This document shows, piece by piece, positions 25,381 through 35,999 of a stretch of 64,000 bases of DNA. The DNA lies in the NCBI GenBank assembly GCA_963771175.1, contig CAVYSY010000026.1, forward strand, positions 576,001-640,000, read 5' to 3'. Position 1 is the first letter of the stretch. Every line of letters starts with the position of its first letter. Below the pieces are notes generated by a model. It did no database searches. It was given only the letters and a program-made list of their open reading frames with translations, and was not told where the DNA came from. A program made the position numbers and the translations under genes. The stretch comes from an uncultured delta proteobacterium. Lineage in GTDB: Bacteria; Myxococcota; Myxococcia; Myxococcales; Myxococcaceae.

Positions 25381-26141
25381 TCAGGGCTTGTCGGACGGCA
25401 CCTCGCCGGTGAGCACGCAGATGAGCGCCACCGGGTCGCACTTCACCGGGAAGATGGGGTTGATGCCCGAGCCGCGAGGCGGCCCGCGGCGGGGTCCGGG
25501 CGCGGGTCGCACTTCGTCTCGTCCGGCACCTTCTGCTTCTTGCCGTCGGGTGATCTCCTGGCGCAGCTCACCACCGGCCAGATGCCCTTCACCGTGTACT
25601 CGGCGGTGCAGCCGTTCTCGGTGTAGCGCAGGTCCGCGGTGAACTGCGTGCCCGGAATCTCCGGCGTGTTGTAGATGCGCAGGTTGGACCACTCGTAGGC
25701 GAGGCTGAGGGGCGCCTTGCTGAGACCGCCGTAGCGCGCCTCCAGCCGCGCCGCGCCGAGCGAGGGCACCTCGCAGAAGTTGTCCGGGCCCGGGACATCC
25801 GAGCGTCAGCGCGCCCACGGAGTTCGGCTGGCTGGGCGCGTCCGGATCCACCTGGGTGTCCTTGTGCGCCAGCTCGTCGCCCATCCGCTCGGGTGCGAAT
25901 GGCCACCGTGTCCGTCGCCGTTGGGGTCCTCGCTGAAGTACTTCTCCAGGCCCACCGCCTCCGGCTTGAGCTGGGCGCACGAGAGGCTCGTGTCCTGCCC
26001 CTCCTTCAGGCGTGTAGACGGTGGCGAAGGAGCCCTTGGCCACCGACGCACTGCGGATCCTGCTGATAGGCACCACAGGCGCCCAGGCGTGGAGGTGAAC
26101 ACCACCACGCCCGTGCCCAATCCAATCAGTCGAAGATTCAT
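25381..26141 (-). CDS. MlpA-like Cys-rich lipoprotein; multiple frameshifts
   Basis: Reconstructed lipobox LGAC, YEWSNLRIY and CTAEYTVKGIWP motifs, C-terminal CDPVALICV. Directly downstream of an Oar-like receptor, as in the M. xanthus oar-mlpA arrangement. Confidence 0.65.
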
Positions 26142-26165
26142 GGAGTGTTCTCCTGGGAACGAGCA

Positions 26166-29100
26166 CTAGAAGCTCAGCTTCACGCCGAAGCGGATGGAGC
26201 GCGGCGCCTGGTAGGCGATCGGCTTCTTGAAGTTGGGGTTGAGGTCGGACTCGGAGATGGTGATGGGGCTCTCCAGCGAGCTGCTGGCGAGATAGACCCG
26301 GCAGTCGCGCCCGGGCCGTCCCCCGCGCTGCAGCTCTCCACGTCCGCGCGCTTGCCATCCTGCTCGATGGGCGTGGACCTGGGCGAAGGTGAAGGTCTGG
26401 TCCACGTCCGTCACCTGCTGGAAGTTGAAGACGTTGAAGACGTCCAGGGTGAGGCTGAGCGTGTAGTTGCCGGACAGCCGCCGGTTGAGGCCCAGGTGCC
26501 CGTCGACGTTGTGGACCCAGGGCAGCCGGCCCGCGCTGCCGCGCGGCAGGATGAACGTCTCCGAGCCGCTGCGCCGCGGGTGGTAGCCCAGGTAGTTCAG
26601 CGGCGAGCCCGAGCGCGCCCGGTAGCCGCCGCCCAGGTTGAGGCTCATGTCCTTGCCGAGCTGGAACTCCCTGGCGCCGAAGGCCTTGAAGGCGTGCGTG
26701 CGGTCACCGGGCAGCGGCCCGTCGCGGTTGACGGTGAGCGACAGCAGGTCGAAGTCGCGCGTGAGGTTGGGCGAGAGCTGGCCGGTGTCCGCGCGGAACA
26801 GGCCCGAGTAGTTGCCGCGCAGCGAGGACCACGTGTAGCTGACCTGGGCCAGCCACTGATTGGAGAAGGCCTTGGTGTAGTAGACGTTCACCGCGTCGTA
26901 GTCGCGGCGCGCCACGGGGAAGTCCGTGGAGTAGCCCTTGCCCGGGTTGCCCAGGAAGAAGGTGGTGCCGTCGTCGCGGCTCATGTCCTCGATGACGTCG
27001 TTGAGGTAGCGCTTGGTGTACGTCAGGCCCACGCGCCCGAGCAGCACCTCGTACTCGCCGCCCACGACGAACTCGTCGCTGGACTGGGCGCGGATGTTCG
27101 GGTCCACCGGCACGCGGTCACCGCCCTCGGAGGCCCACTTCTGGTTGGGGCTGTCGGCGCTGCCCCGGGTCTGCCGGTTGGCGTCCAGGGTGCAGTCCCC
27201 GCCTGAGGCGAGGTCGGCCATGTCCGAGGGATTGCACTGGGCGTTGTAGGTGGCCGACAGGAGCTGCTGCTGCGGGAACGACAGGTCCGCCATGTCGAGC
27301 GGGATGTTCTCGTAGAAGCGCGCGTAGTTGGCGAAGAGCTTCGAGCGGCCCTGCTGGGTGAAGTCGTAGATGACGCCGATGCGGGGCGACCACTGGTGGG
27401 GCAGGTGCAGGCCCATCTTGCCGTCGAGGCCCCAGATGGTCTGCGCGTCGTAGCGCACGCCCGCGTTGACCGTCACCTTGTCGAGGATGGACCAGCTGTC
27501 CTGGACGAAGCCGCCGACCGTCAGCGAGGTGGACGTGCCCTCCTTGCTGGCCAGGAACACGGGCTGGTCCGGCGCCTCGAGGTAGCCGTACTGGTTCCGG
27601 CTCTCGAAGCGTCGTGCCGTCCGTGCACTCGCGCCAGGGGGCCAGACCGGTGCGCGCGCGGTTGTTGTAGAAGCTGGCGCCCTCGGCGTCGACGCCGGCC
27701 TTGACGACGTGGTGGCCGAGCGCCTCGACCAGGTACGTGCCCAGCACCTTGCCCTGGTAGCGGTCCAGCTCCGAGATGCTGATGGTGCCGGGTCCGCCCG
27801 TCGTGTACGAGGTGACGGGGCACCGGGTGGCGGTCATCCCCGCGGGCAGCCCCTCGGGAGAGTCACAGACGGAGGGGTCCTCGAGCTGCTCGTACTCGGT
27901 GATGCTGTGCCAGTCGCGATCCGTCGCTGCCGTTGCTCACCCGCCGCGAGCGCCGCCACGTGACGTTGGGCGTCGCGGAGAGCCCCGAGCCACTGGAGAG
28001 CCCCGAGCCATCCGACGGGAGGATGGAGGCGTTCTGGTGGTGCCAGCCCACCGTCGCGTCGAGCAGCAGCGACTTGTTGAAGAAGGAGGAGGACTGCTTG
28101 GCCACGACGTCCAGCGCGCCGCCCGTGCGGCGGGTGGCGATGGCGTCATAGGCGCCCTGGACGTACGCGGTGCAGGACAGGCCGCTGCACACCTCGGGAG
28201 CGCCATCGCGGCTGAAGGCAGTACCGGTCCGCGCCGCCCGACCAGTTGGGCGTGCCGTACACCGTCATCGACAGGTTGTGGTCCGGGTTGAAGAGGTAGG
28301 TGAGCTTGCCGATGTACTGGACGGTCCGCTCGTCCGCGAAGCGCGTCTCCTGGGTGCCCGCGATGGGCGTGGCGATCTGGAAACCCGTGGCCGGGTCCAT
28401 CGCGTGGCACGCCCACCGTCCGCGCAGCCGTTGGCCTCGTCCTTCTCCGTGCAGATGTCCAGGGCGCTGAGCTGCCGCGCCACCTGGATGCGGTTGAACG
28501 ACGGGCGCCACGCCCGCGTAGAACCAGAGCCTGTCCTTGACGATGGGGCCACCCAGCTCGAAGCCGAAGTCCCCCTGGTTCCACGGCGTGCCCTTGGCGG
28601 AGATGACGCTGCCCGCCTGCTGGATTTCAGGGGCCGCCGTCTGGAGGAAGCCCGGGGCCACGTTGCCGAAGACGGAGCCGTGGAACTCGTTGGAGCCGGA
28701 CTTGGTCACCACGTTCATCACGCCACCCGTGGAGCGGCCGTACTCGGGCATGTAGCCACCGGTGATGATGTTGACCTCCTTGACGAACTCCACCGAGAGC
28801 GGCGTGCCGATGGTGCCCACGGCCGGGTCGTTCACCGACAGGCCATCCACCACGAACTGGTTCTCGGGCGAGGTGCCACCGTTGATGCTCACGCCGTAGG
28901 TGTCCTCCTGCGCGCCGGGGGCCATCTCGGCCAGGGACTCGAAGGAGCGCGACGCCGAGCCCTTCGAGCCCGGGCGGCTCACCGCGAGGTTCTTCAGCAT
29001 GTTGGCGTCCACGCTCATGCCCGAGGAGCTCGAGCCCACGTCGACGGAGGGCGGAGTGGCCATGACGACCATCTCCTCGCTCAGACTCTCCGGCAGCAGC

Positions 29101-29426
29101 TCCACGTTGACGCGGATGGTGCGATCGATGCGGAGCTGGATGTCCCCACGCGCGTAGGGATGGAAGCCCTCGGCCTCCACCCGGAGGGTGTAGACACCCG
29201 ACGGAAGCTGGGGAATGCGGTACTGGCCGCTGCCGTCGGAGACCACCGTCTGCTCGCCCTGGAGGCTCGGAGACGTGGCCGTCACCACCGCGTCCGGCAG
29301 TGGCTTCTTGTCGGCCGAGTTGATGATGGTACCGGTGATGACCGCCGTGCCTTGGGCCCATGCGCTGGTCCCGAGCAGCAACAGCAGGACACACCACGCG
29401 CGCGCGCGTTGAACGTGCGATGACAA
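26166..29426 (-). CDS. Oar-like TonB-dependent outer-membrane receptor; multiple frameshifts
   Basis: Carboxypeptidase-regulatory-like N-domain, GGYMPEYGRSTGG plug motif and C-terminal YQAPRSIRFGVKLSF. AGGAGG RBS before the TTG at 29426. Confidence 0.9.
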
Positions 29427-29451
29427 GGTGCTGACCCCTCCTGAAAAGTGG

Positions 29452-29468
29452 GTCACACGTTAGTCACA
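29452..29468. promoter_or_regulatory. Direct repeat GTCACA-N5-GTCACA (11-bp period) upstream of the Oar-like gene
   Basis: Spacing is typical of OmpR/PhoB-family boxes. Sits in an AT-rich promoter segment. Confidence 0.35.
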
Positions 29469-29488
29469 TTTTCGTTGAAATTGGGAAC

Positions 29489-30781
29489 TCAACGCTCGTA
29501 GCGAATGATTCGCTCCACCCGGTAGGACCCCGCGGGCGCCACCGGCCGCAGCAGCATCAGCTCCGCGGGCAGGCCCGGCCGCAGCGAGAGCCCGCTCCGG
29601 GGCGGCAGGGGCAGCGTGTCCCCCTCCTTCACCCCCTCGGGAGGGAGGGGCACGACGGTGAGCCCGGTGCCGTCCACCTCCTCCACGGCCCCGAGGACGC
29701 GCAGGTCTCCCAGCTCCTCGAGGGAGCCCGTGAGCACGACGGTCGGCGGAGCGCCCTTCTGGTCGCGCAAGGCCAGGGCCGCGGCCACGCCAACGTCCGC
29801 GAGGAAGGCGTCTCCCGCATCTCCGTGGACGTGGGCGCCCCGGATGATGAGGTGCAGCAGACCCTTGCTGTCATTGAAGGGAATGGACTCGTAGCGGGCC
29901 AGGTCCGCGTGCTCCACCGCCCCGCTCGCGAGCGCATCCAGGGCGGACACCAGGGCCACGAAGTTGAGCCGGAGCAGCGGCTCGTCGGGCTCGGGCGAGG
30001 GCCACGGGCCGGTCTCGATGAGCACGGTGGGGGTGCCCCAGCGCCCCAGGTTGTCGCCGAAGGCGCGGACCTCGAAGGAGTCGTCGTAGCGGCCGATCTG
30101 CCCGGGGGCGAGCGGCTCGAGGGCGTCCCGGATGACGGCGCATACCTTCTTGGCGAGCACCCGCCCCGGGTTGTCGCTCCGGGTCGGGTCGAAGGGCGGA
30201 GCGAGGAGCGAGATGGAGGCGGGCTTCCCCGTGCCCCCCACCGCCGTGCGCCAGCTCTGGTTGTGGAGGTTGAAGCCGAGCGAGGGCTGGAGCCGGTCCC
30301 GCACCGCCTTGAGCGTGCGCCCCTCGGGGGTCTGGAGCGCCAGGGCATCGCGGTTGATGTCGATGCCCTGCGCGTTGCGTCGTTGGAAGCGCTCGACGCC
30401 GTCGGGGTTGAGCATCGGCAGGGCGTGCAGGGTGAGCGCGGAGAGCAGCCGGGCCACCCGGGGGTGCTCGCGGTGGCGGCGGACGTACTCGAAGAGGTCG
30501 AACAGCGCCATGGTGGCGGTGGGCTCGTCCCCGTGCATCTGGGACCAGAGGAGGACGTGCCGGGGGCCATTGCCGAAGTGGATGAGGTTGAGAGAGCGCC
30601 CCTCCACCGAGCGTCCCACCTCTTCCACCTGGAACAGGTCCGGCGCCGACTCGCGGAGGAGCTGAAGTCGGGCCATCACGTGGGGATGGCGGACGAGGGC
30701 GGGGGGCGGCAGTCCCTGTGGGTGGACTTCGGCCCAGAGGTCGAAGAGCTCGCGCGGGGTGGCGGGGGCGGTCACGTGCAT
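29489..30781 (-). CDS. M14-family zinc carboxypeptidase
   Basis: HGDE zinc motif, NPDG, RRNAQGIDINRD and NLH. Confidence 0.88.
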   Translation of the reverse strand: MHVTAPATPRELFDLWAEVHPQGLPPPALVRHPHVMARLQLLRESAPDLFQVEEVGRSVEGRSLNLIHFGNGPRHVLLWSQMHGDEPTATMALFDLFEYVRRHREHPRVARLLSALTLHALPMLNPDGVERFQRRNAQGIDINRDALALQTPEGRTLKAVRDRLQPSLGFNLHNQSWRTAVGGTGKPASISLLAPPFDPTRSDNPGRVLAKKVCAVIRDALEPLAPGQIGRYDDSFEVRAFGDNLGRWGTPTVLIETGPWPSPEPDEPLLRLNFVALVSALDALASGAVEHADLARYESIPFNDSKGLLHLIIRGAHVHGDAGDAFLADVGVAAALALRDQKGAPPTVVLTGSLEELGDLRVLGAVEEVDGTGLTVVPLPPEGVKEGDTLPLPPRSGLSLRPGLPAELMLLRPVAPAGSYRVERIIRYER

Positions 30782-30840
30782 TCTCTCTTTCCGGTGGGTG
30801 GGTGCCCCGGGTGGCCTGGAGGGATTATGACGCGAGTCCC

Positions 30841-32196
30841 ATGCTGCCTGAATCCATCCGCAACGCGATCGACGTCGCGAGCAACTTCGTCTGGGGCCCG
30901 TGGACCATGGCCCTGCTGTTGGGAACTGGAGTGTTCCTGACGCTCCGGTTCCGGTTCGTCCAGGTGACGCGCTTCGGGGATGGGCTGCGGGCGATGATGC
31001 CGGCCCAGGCGAGCGGAGCCGGGGCCCTGAGCCCCTTCCAGGCGTTCATGACGGCGCTGGGTGCCTCCATCGGCACCGGCAACATCGCGGGCGTGGCCAC
31101 GGCCATCGTGAGCGGTGGACCGGGAGCGCTGTTCTGGATCTGGGTGTATGGCTTCTTCGCCACGACCCTCAAGTTCTCCGAGGCCGTGCTGGGCATCCAG
31201 TACCGCATCGCGGAGGGGGACCGGGTCTCCGCGGGTCCGATGCACTACCTGAAGAAGGGGCTCGGCTCTCCGAAGCTCGCCTGGAGCTATGCGCTCATCG
31301 CCGGCGTGGCCGCCCTCACGACGACGCCCTTCACCCAGCCCAACTCCATGGCCGTGGTGCTGCAGAGCCAGTTCTCGATTCCGCCCTGGGTCTCGGGGGT
31401 GGTCATCGCCGTGCTCACGTGGCTGGTGGTCATCGGGGGCGTGAAGAGCATCGGCCGCGTGGCCGAGCGCCTCGCGCCCCTGAAGGTGGGGCTCTACCTG
31501 GTCGGAGGGCTCATCGTCATCCTGACCCATGCCGCGCAGTTGCCGGCGGTGCTCGCGCTCGTCGTGCGCGAGGCGTTCTCCTTCGAGGCGGCCGGGGGTG
31601 GCGCCGCCGGAGTGGGGATGATGGTCGCCATGCGCTACGGGATTGCCCGCGGCATCTACGCCAACGAGGCGGGCTACGGCACGGCGGCGGTGGCGTACGG
31701 CACGGCGCGCACGGAGGCGCCGGTGCAGCAGGGGCTCCAGGCGGTGATGGAGGTGTTCATCGTCTCGTGCGTGACCTCGACCATCAGCGCGCTGGTCATC
31801 CTCACCAGTGGCGTGTGGAAGTCCGGGCTCACCAGCACGGCGGTGGTGGCCGAGGCCTTCAACACGGCCATCCCCACGGTGGGCGGGTGGGTCGTGGCCT
31901 TCTGCGCCTTCCTCTTCGGCTACACGACGCTGATCGGCTGGGCGTACTACGGCGAGCAGTTCCTCGAGTACGCCATCGGCCTGCGCGTCACCCGCCCCTA
32001 CCGCTGGGTCTACTGCGGCCTCGTCGTCTTCGGCGCCATGGGCAAGGTGGAGACCATCTGGGCCTGGGGCGACCTGATGAACGGCCTGCAGGTGTTCCCC
32101 AACCTCGTGGGGTTGATTGGCCTGAGCGGCGTGGCGGCGTCGGTGCTGCGCAAGCCCGAGGAGCGACAGGTAGAGCCCGCCGCGCCCCCGGCCTGA
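30841..32196 (+). CDS. Alanine/glycine:cation symporter (AGCS family)
   Basis: IGTGNIAGVATAI, GGPGALFWIW and RGIYANEAGYGT. Confidence 0.93.
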   Translation: MLPESIRNAIDVASNFVWGPWTMALLLGTGVFLTLRFRFVQVTRFGDGLRAMMPAQASGAGALSPFQAFMTALGASIGTGNIAGVATAIVSGGPGALFWIWVYGFFATTLKFSEAVLGIQYRIAEGDRVSAGPMHYLKKGLGSPKLAWSYALIAGVAALTTTPFTQPNSMAVVLQSQFSIPPWVSGVVIAVLTWLVVIGGVKSIGRVAERLAPLKVGLYLVGGLIVILTHAAQLPAVLALVVREAFSFEAAGGGAAGVGMMVAMRYGIARGIYANEAGYGTAAVAYGTARTEAPVQQGLQAVMEVFIVSCVTSTISALVILTSGVWKSGLTSTAVVAEAFNTAIPTVGGWVVAFCAFLFGYTTLIGWAYYGEQFLEYAIGLRVTRPYRWVYCGLVVFGAMGKVETIWAWGDLMNGLQVFPNLVGLIGLSGVAASVLRKPEERQVEPAAPPA

Positions 32197-32216
32197 GTTG
32201 GATAGGATGCCGCGCC

Positions 32217-33407
32217 ATGCCGAGCGGCCCACGCATCCTCCTCATCGCGGAACGGTTCCCTCCAGACCTCGGGGGCCTCGCGCGCAGTGGCGCTCGCACC
32301 GCGGGCGCGCTGGCCCGGCTCGGTGCCCAGGTGGATGTCCTCTCCTGGACCCGGAGCCTCGCCCCCGGCGCCCTCCAGACACTCGACGCGGGCGAGGTCG
32401 CTATCGCCGCTCGCGGGGCCACGCTGCACCGGCTCGGCCTCTTCGGGCAGACGGACACCTCCCTGCAGCACACGCTCGACGTGCTCGACTACCTGCACGC
32501 CCAGCGCCGCTACCAGCTCATCTGGGGGCACTACCTCTCGCCTCCGGGCTTCATGGCCGTCACCTTCGCCGGGCTCGCCGGCATCCCCTCCACCGTCAGC
32601 GCTCGCGGCAACGACGTGGACCAGGCCATGTTCCCCCCGGGTGACTTCGCCCGCCTCCTCTGGACCCTCCAGCGCGCCACCGTCCTCACCGCCGCCTCGG
32701 GGGACCTCGCTCGCAAGATGGTCATGCTCCTCGGGCACGACCCGGGCGTCGAGGTCATCCCCAACGCCGTGGACACCTCCCTCTTCCGTCCCGGCCCCGC
32801 CGACCCCGCGCTGCGCCAGCGCCTGGGCATCCAGCCCGACGAGCTCGTCCTCGGCTTCTCCGGCGAGCTGCGCCACAAGAAGGGCACGCCCTTCCTCCTC
32901 TCCGCCCTCTCCGAGGTGCGCAAGGTGCGGCCCGCCTGTCTCCTCGTCATCGGAGAGGTGCGCTCGCGCGAGCTGGAGCATCTCTCCGTCTACCGCGCCG
33001 AGCACCCCGAGGACGCCGCCCGCATCATTATATCCGGCCGGCTCGACGCCCCCGAGGACGTGGCCGCCCACCTGCGGCTCTGTGACGTCTACCTCCAGCC
33101 CTCCCTCTGGGACGGCATGCCCAACGCGATGCTGGAGGCCATGGCCTGCGCCCGCGTGGTCATCGCCAGCGACGCGGGCGGCATCCCCGAGGCCATCGAG
33201 CACGAGCACAACGGCTTCCTCGTCCCCAAGGCGCTCCTCAACCACCTGGGGCAGGCCACTCTCGACGTGCTGAGCCTGTCCGAGGAGCGCAGGGCCGCCC
33301 TCGGCGCCGCGGCCCGCGCCCGCATCGAGGAGCGCTTTCAGGCACAGGCCGAGGCCGAGGTGCTCCAGCGGGTGCTGGCCCGCGCCATCCCGAAGGCCTC
33401 CTCGTAG
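32217..33407 (+). CDS. GT4-family glycosyltransferase
   Basis: IPNAVD, KKG, PSLWDGMPNAMLEAMA and SDAGGIPE. Confidence 0.9.
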   Translation: MPSGPRILLIAERFPPDLGGLARSGARTAGALARLGAQVDVLSWTRSLAPGALQTLDAGEVAIAARGATLHRLGLFGQTDTSLQHTLDVLDYLHAQRRYQLIWGHYLSPPGFMAVTFAGLAGIPSTVSARGNDVDQAMFPPGDFARLLWTLQRATVLTAASGDLARKMVMLLGHDPGVEVIPNAVDTSLFRPGPADPALRQRLGIQPDELVLGFSGELRHKKGTPFLLSALSEVRKVRPACLLVIGEVRSRELEHLSVYRAEHPEDAARIIISGRLDAPEDVAAHLRLCDVYLQPSLWDGMPNAMLEAMACARVVIASDAGGIPEAIEHEHNGFLVPKALLNHLGQATLDVLSLSEERRAALGAAARARIEERFQAQAEAEVLQRVLARAIPKASS

Positions 33408-34552
33408 GCCGCCACCAGGGACTCCTGTGCTCGCGCCCAGGTGAAGTCCCGCTCGATGCGGGCCCGCGCCTCTTGGCTCAACCGGGGCCCGAGCGCCGGG
33501 TCCGCCCTCAGCGCGCGCACCGCCTCCGCGATGGCCTTCGGCGAGCCCGGTCGGACGAGCAGCGCGTGCATCCCGTGCTCCGCCGCCGCGCGCACCACCG
33601 GCAGGTCGCTCGCCACCACCGGAGTGCCCGAGGCCATCGCCTCCAGCAGCTTCAGCGGGCAGCACCCCTGCACGAGGTTGCGGTCATTGGCCGGCAGCGG
33701 CACCAGCACCACGTCACAGGCATGGTGGAGCCTCGCCAGCTCCGACTGCGGCAGCGGCTCGAGGAGCTCCACCGCGCCCTCGCCCACCAGCTCGCCGCAC
33801 AGGTCGAGCAGCTCGCGGCGCTGCTGCCTCCGCGTGGGTCCCACCAGGGTGAGCACCGCGGGCAGGTCCCGGCGCAGCAGGCGGCACGCCTCGATGGCGT
33901 GGTGGACGCCCTGCCAGGAGGTCATCGTCCCGCTGTAGAGCAGGCGCACGGGCCGCTCCTCCCAGGGACGCGGCGGCTGGAAGGAGAAGAGTCCGGTGTC
34001 CACCCCGTTGGGGATGACGCGGATGCGTCCGGGCGCCGCGCCTCGTGACACCAGGTGGTCCGCCGTCACCGCGCTCGGCGTGAGGAGGAGGTCCGCCCGC
34101 GCGAGACAGAAGTCCTCCTGCGCCACCAGCTTGCGCAGCAGCTCGTCGTCCTCGGCGACTCCCGGCGCGTGGTACTTCAGCTCGATGGACGGCAGGCCGT
34201 TCACCTCGAACACCAGGTGCTCGGTGAGCCGCTCCTTGCGCCGGGCGATGGGGTAGCCCTCGAAGATGGAGCGCACGTGGACCACCGACGCCCGGCTCCG
34301 CCCCTGCCACCAGGACGCGAGCTGCGCGCGGAAGCCCATGGCCTGCGCGATGAGGTCCGGCCCCTCGGCTCGCAGGGGGTGGAAACGGACGCCCTCTGGA
34401 GGCGGCTCCGCCGTGTCCCCACCGATGGCCAGCAGGTCCACCCCGCCAAAGGCCCGCCCGAGCGCCTCGGTGAAGGCGCGGATGTGGACCGCCGCTCCCT
34501 TGGGCGCGGGAAAGCGGTCGAAGGACGCGTAGACGATTCCGGAGGACGACAC
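33338..34552 (-). CDS. GT4-family glycosyltransferase
   Basis: IPNGVD, WQG and PLKLLEAMASGTPVVASD. Overlaps the convergent GT4 gene by 70 bp. Confidence 0.9.
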   Translation of the reverse strand: MSSSGIVYASFDRFPAPKGAAVHIRAFTEALGRAFGGVDLLAIGGDTAEPPPEGVRFHPLRAEGPDLIAQAMGFRAQLASWWQGRSRASVVHVRSIFEGYPIARRKERLTEHLVFEVNGLPSIELKYHAPGVAEDDELLRKLVAQEDFCLARADLLLTPSAVTADHLVSRGAAPGRIRVIPNGVDTGLFSFQPPRPWEERPVRLLYSGTMTSWQGVHHAIEACRLLRRDLPAVLTLVGPTRRQQRRELLDLCGELVGEGAVELLEPLPQSELARLHHACDVVLVPLPANDRNLVQGCCPLKLLEAMASGTPVVASDLPVVRAAAEHGMHALLVRPGSPKAIAEAVRALRADPALGPRLSQEARARIERDFTWARAQESLVAAYEEAFGMARASTRWSTSASACA

Positions 34553-34662
34553 GGGCTCCGCAGTATCCCCCCTCGGGCGAGCCGCACCAACAGTGGATTG
34601 ACCGGCGATAAGGCCGGCTCCTACGCTCCCTCCTCTCCCCTCCGACCAAAGGGCGACAGACC

Positions 34663-35577
34663 TTGGCCGTCGACGTCAAACGCTTCAGCGAGGAACTCGT
34701 CTTCCGGACTCGCACCTCCTGTGCCCAGGCGATCGAGGATCTCCGCTTCCTGCGCGGCTTCGATCTCGACAAGGAGAAGCGACAGGAGCAGGCGTTCTCC
34801 GTGGGCTGCGGCACGATGATCTTCGCCGTGGGGAGCCTGTTCTTCACGGCCAACCTCACGACGAACGGCCCCGCGCTCACGCTGTTCTTGGGCTCCTGCG
34901 GAGTGCTCCTGTTCGGCACGAGCATCTTCTCCTTCGTCCGCCACTCCCGCTACAAGCGGCTCAACCTGGAGAACCGGCGCTACGAGCTGGTCACCCGAGT
35001 GCTGGAGCTGCTCCGGGCCGACATCGCCCCCACCGAGCCGGTGACGCTCCGGATCGACCTGCGCCCGGAGACGGCCGCGGACAAGCTGCGGGGCGAGGGC
35101 ACGACGCGGAGCGGCTGGAGTGTGAAGCACTACATCGACCCGTGGCTCGGCATCGAGGGCCGGCTGCTGGACGGGACGCACTTCTCCCTGGAGATGCTCG
35201 AGCGCGTCGACATGCGCCACCGGAGCAGGACCAACGCCCGGGGCAAGACGAAGACCAAGACCCGGCGCCTGTCCGACGCACTCCTCCGGATCCGGCTCCG
35301 GGTGAAGCCCTCGCGATACCAGCACCTCGGGCAGCTCGCGCCACGAGCGAAGGGCGCGGTGCAGCTCCCCCAGGGGGCCCGGCTCAAGGGGCTCCGCGTG
35401 GGCGAGGATCGCATCGACCTGACGGTCCTCCTGGACGAGCCGTGGGCCCCCGGAGAGCCCGAGCCCCTTTCGATGAACGGCGCCCGGGCGGTGGCGATGT
35501 CGTTCCTGAGCCTCTACCAACTCCTCAACCTGTCGCGCGCCCTCGACAAGAAGGCCGTGCACCCGCCCGCGGGCTGA
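34663..35577 (+). CDS. Hypothetical membrane protein (two TM helices, basic C-terminal domain)
   Basis: Intact 304-aa ORF with host-like codon usage and a basic RHRSRTNARGKTKTKTRR segment. Confidence 0.7.
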   Translation: MAVDVKRFSEELVFRTRTSCAQAIEDLRFLRGFDLDKEKRQEQAFSVGCGTMIFAVGSLFFTANLTTNGPALTLFLGSCGVLLFGTSIFSFVRHSRYKRLNLENRRYELVTRVLELLRADIAPTEPVTLRIDLRPETAADKLRGEGTTRSGWSVKHYIDPWLGIEGRLLDGTHFSLEMLERVDMRHRSRTNARGKTKTKTRRLSDALLRIRLRVKPSRYQHLGQLAPRAKGAVQLPQGARLKGLRVGEDRIDLTVLLDEPWAPGEPEPLSMNGARAVAMSFLSLYQLLNLSRALDKKAVHPPAG

Positions 35578-35606
35578 GCCCCGAGCCTCCCAGGAAGTCA
35601 AACCGA

Positions 35607-35996
35607 ATGTCCCCTCCCCCTCAGTCGCTCGGCCCCTGCCTGGAGAGTGCCGGGTTCCTCTTCGCGCATGACTGTCCCCGGCGCGCCACCCAGCACTGCA
35701 CGCGGTGCTCCAAGCCCATCTGCGTCGAGCACAGCCGCATCACGGATCAAGACGTGCTGTGCATCGGGTGCGCCAAGGCGGAGCGCACGGGTGCCGGAGC
35801 CTCGAACCTCCGCCAGCCCGGGGAGCTCGATCCCTACCTCTACTCCAGCTACTACTACCGGGGCTTCGGCTTCTACGGACATGGCGCGTGGGGCAGCGAC
35901 GAGCTCCACGACCCCAACGACTTCACCGAGGCCGATGGCGAGTCCCTGCGCGCCCAGGTCCCCGGCGACTTCGAGGAGGACATGCGCGGTAGCTGA
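35607..35996 (+). CDS. Small B-box-like zinc-finger protein with a Tyr/Gly-rich segment and an acidic tail
   Basis: C-x7-CxxC-x4-CxxH-x9-CxxC pattern (CPRRATQHCTRCSKPICVEH...CIGC). Confidence 0.7.
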   Translation: MSPPPQSLGPCLESAGFLFAHDCPRRATQHCTRCSKPICVEHSRITDQDVLCIGCAKAERTGAGASNLRQPGELDPYLYSSYYYRGFGFYGHGAWGSDELHDPNDFTEADGESLRAQVPGDFEEDMRGS

Positions 35997-35999
35997 ACC

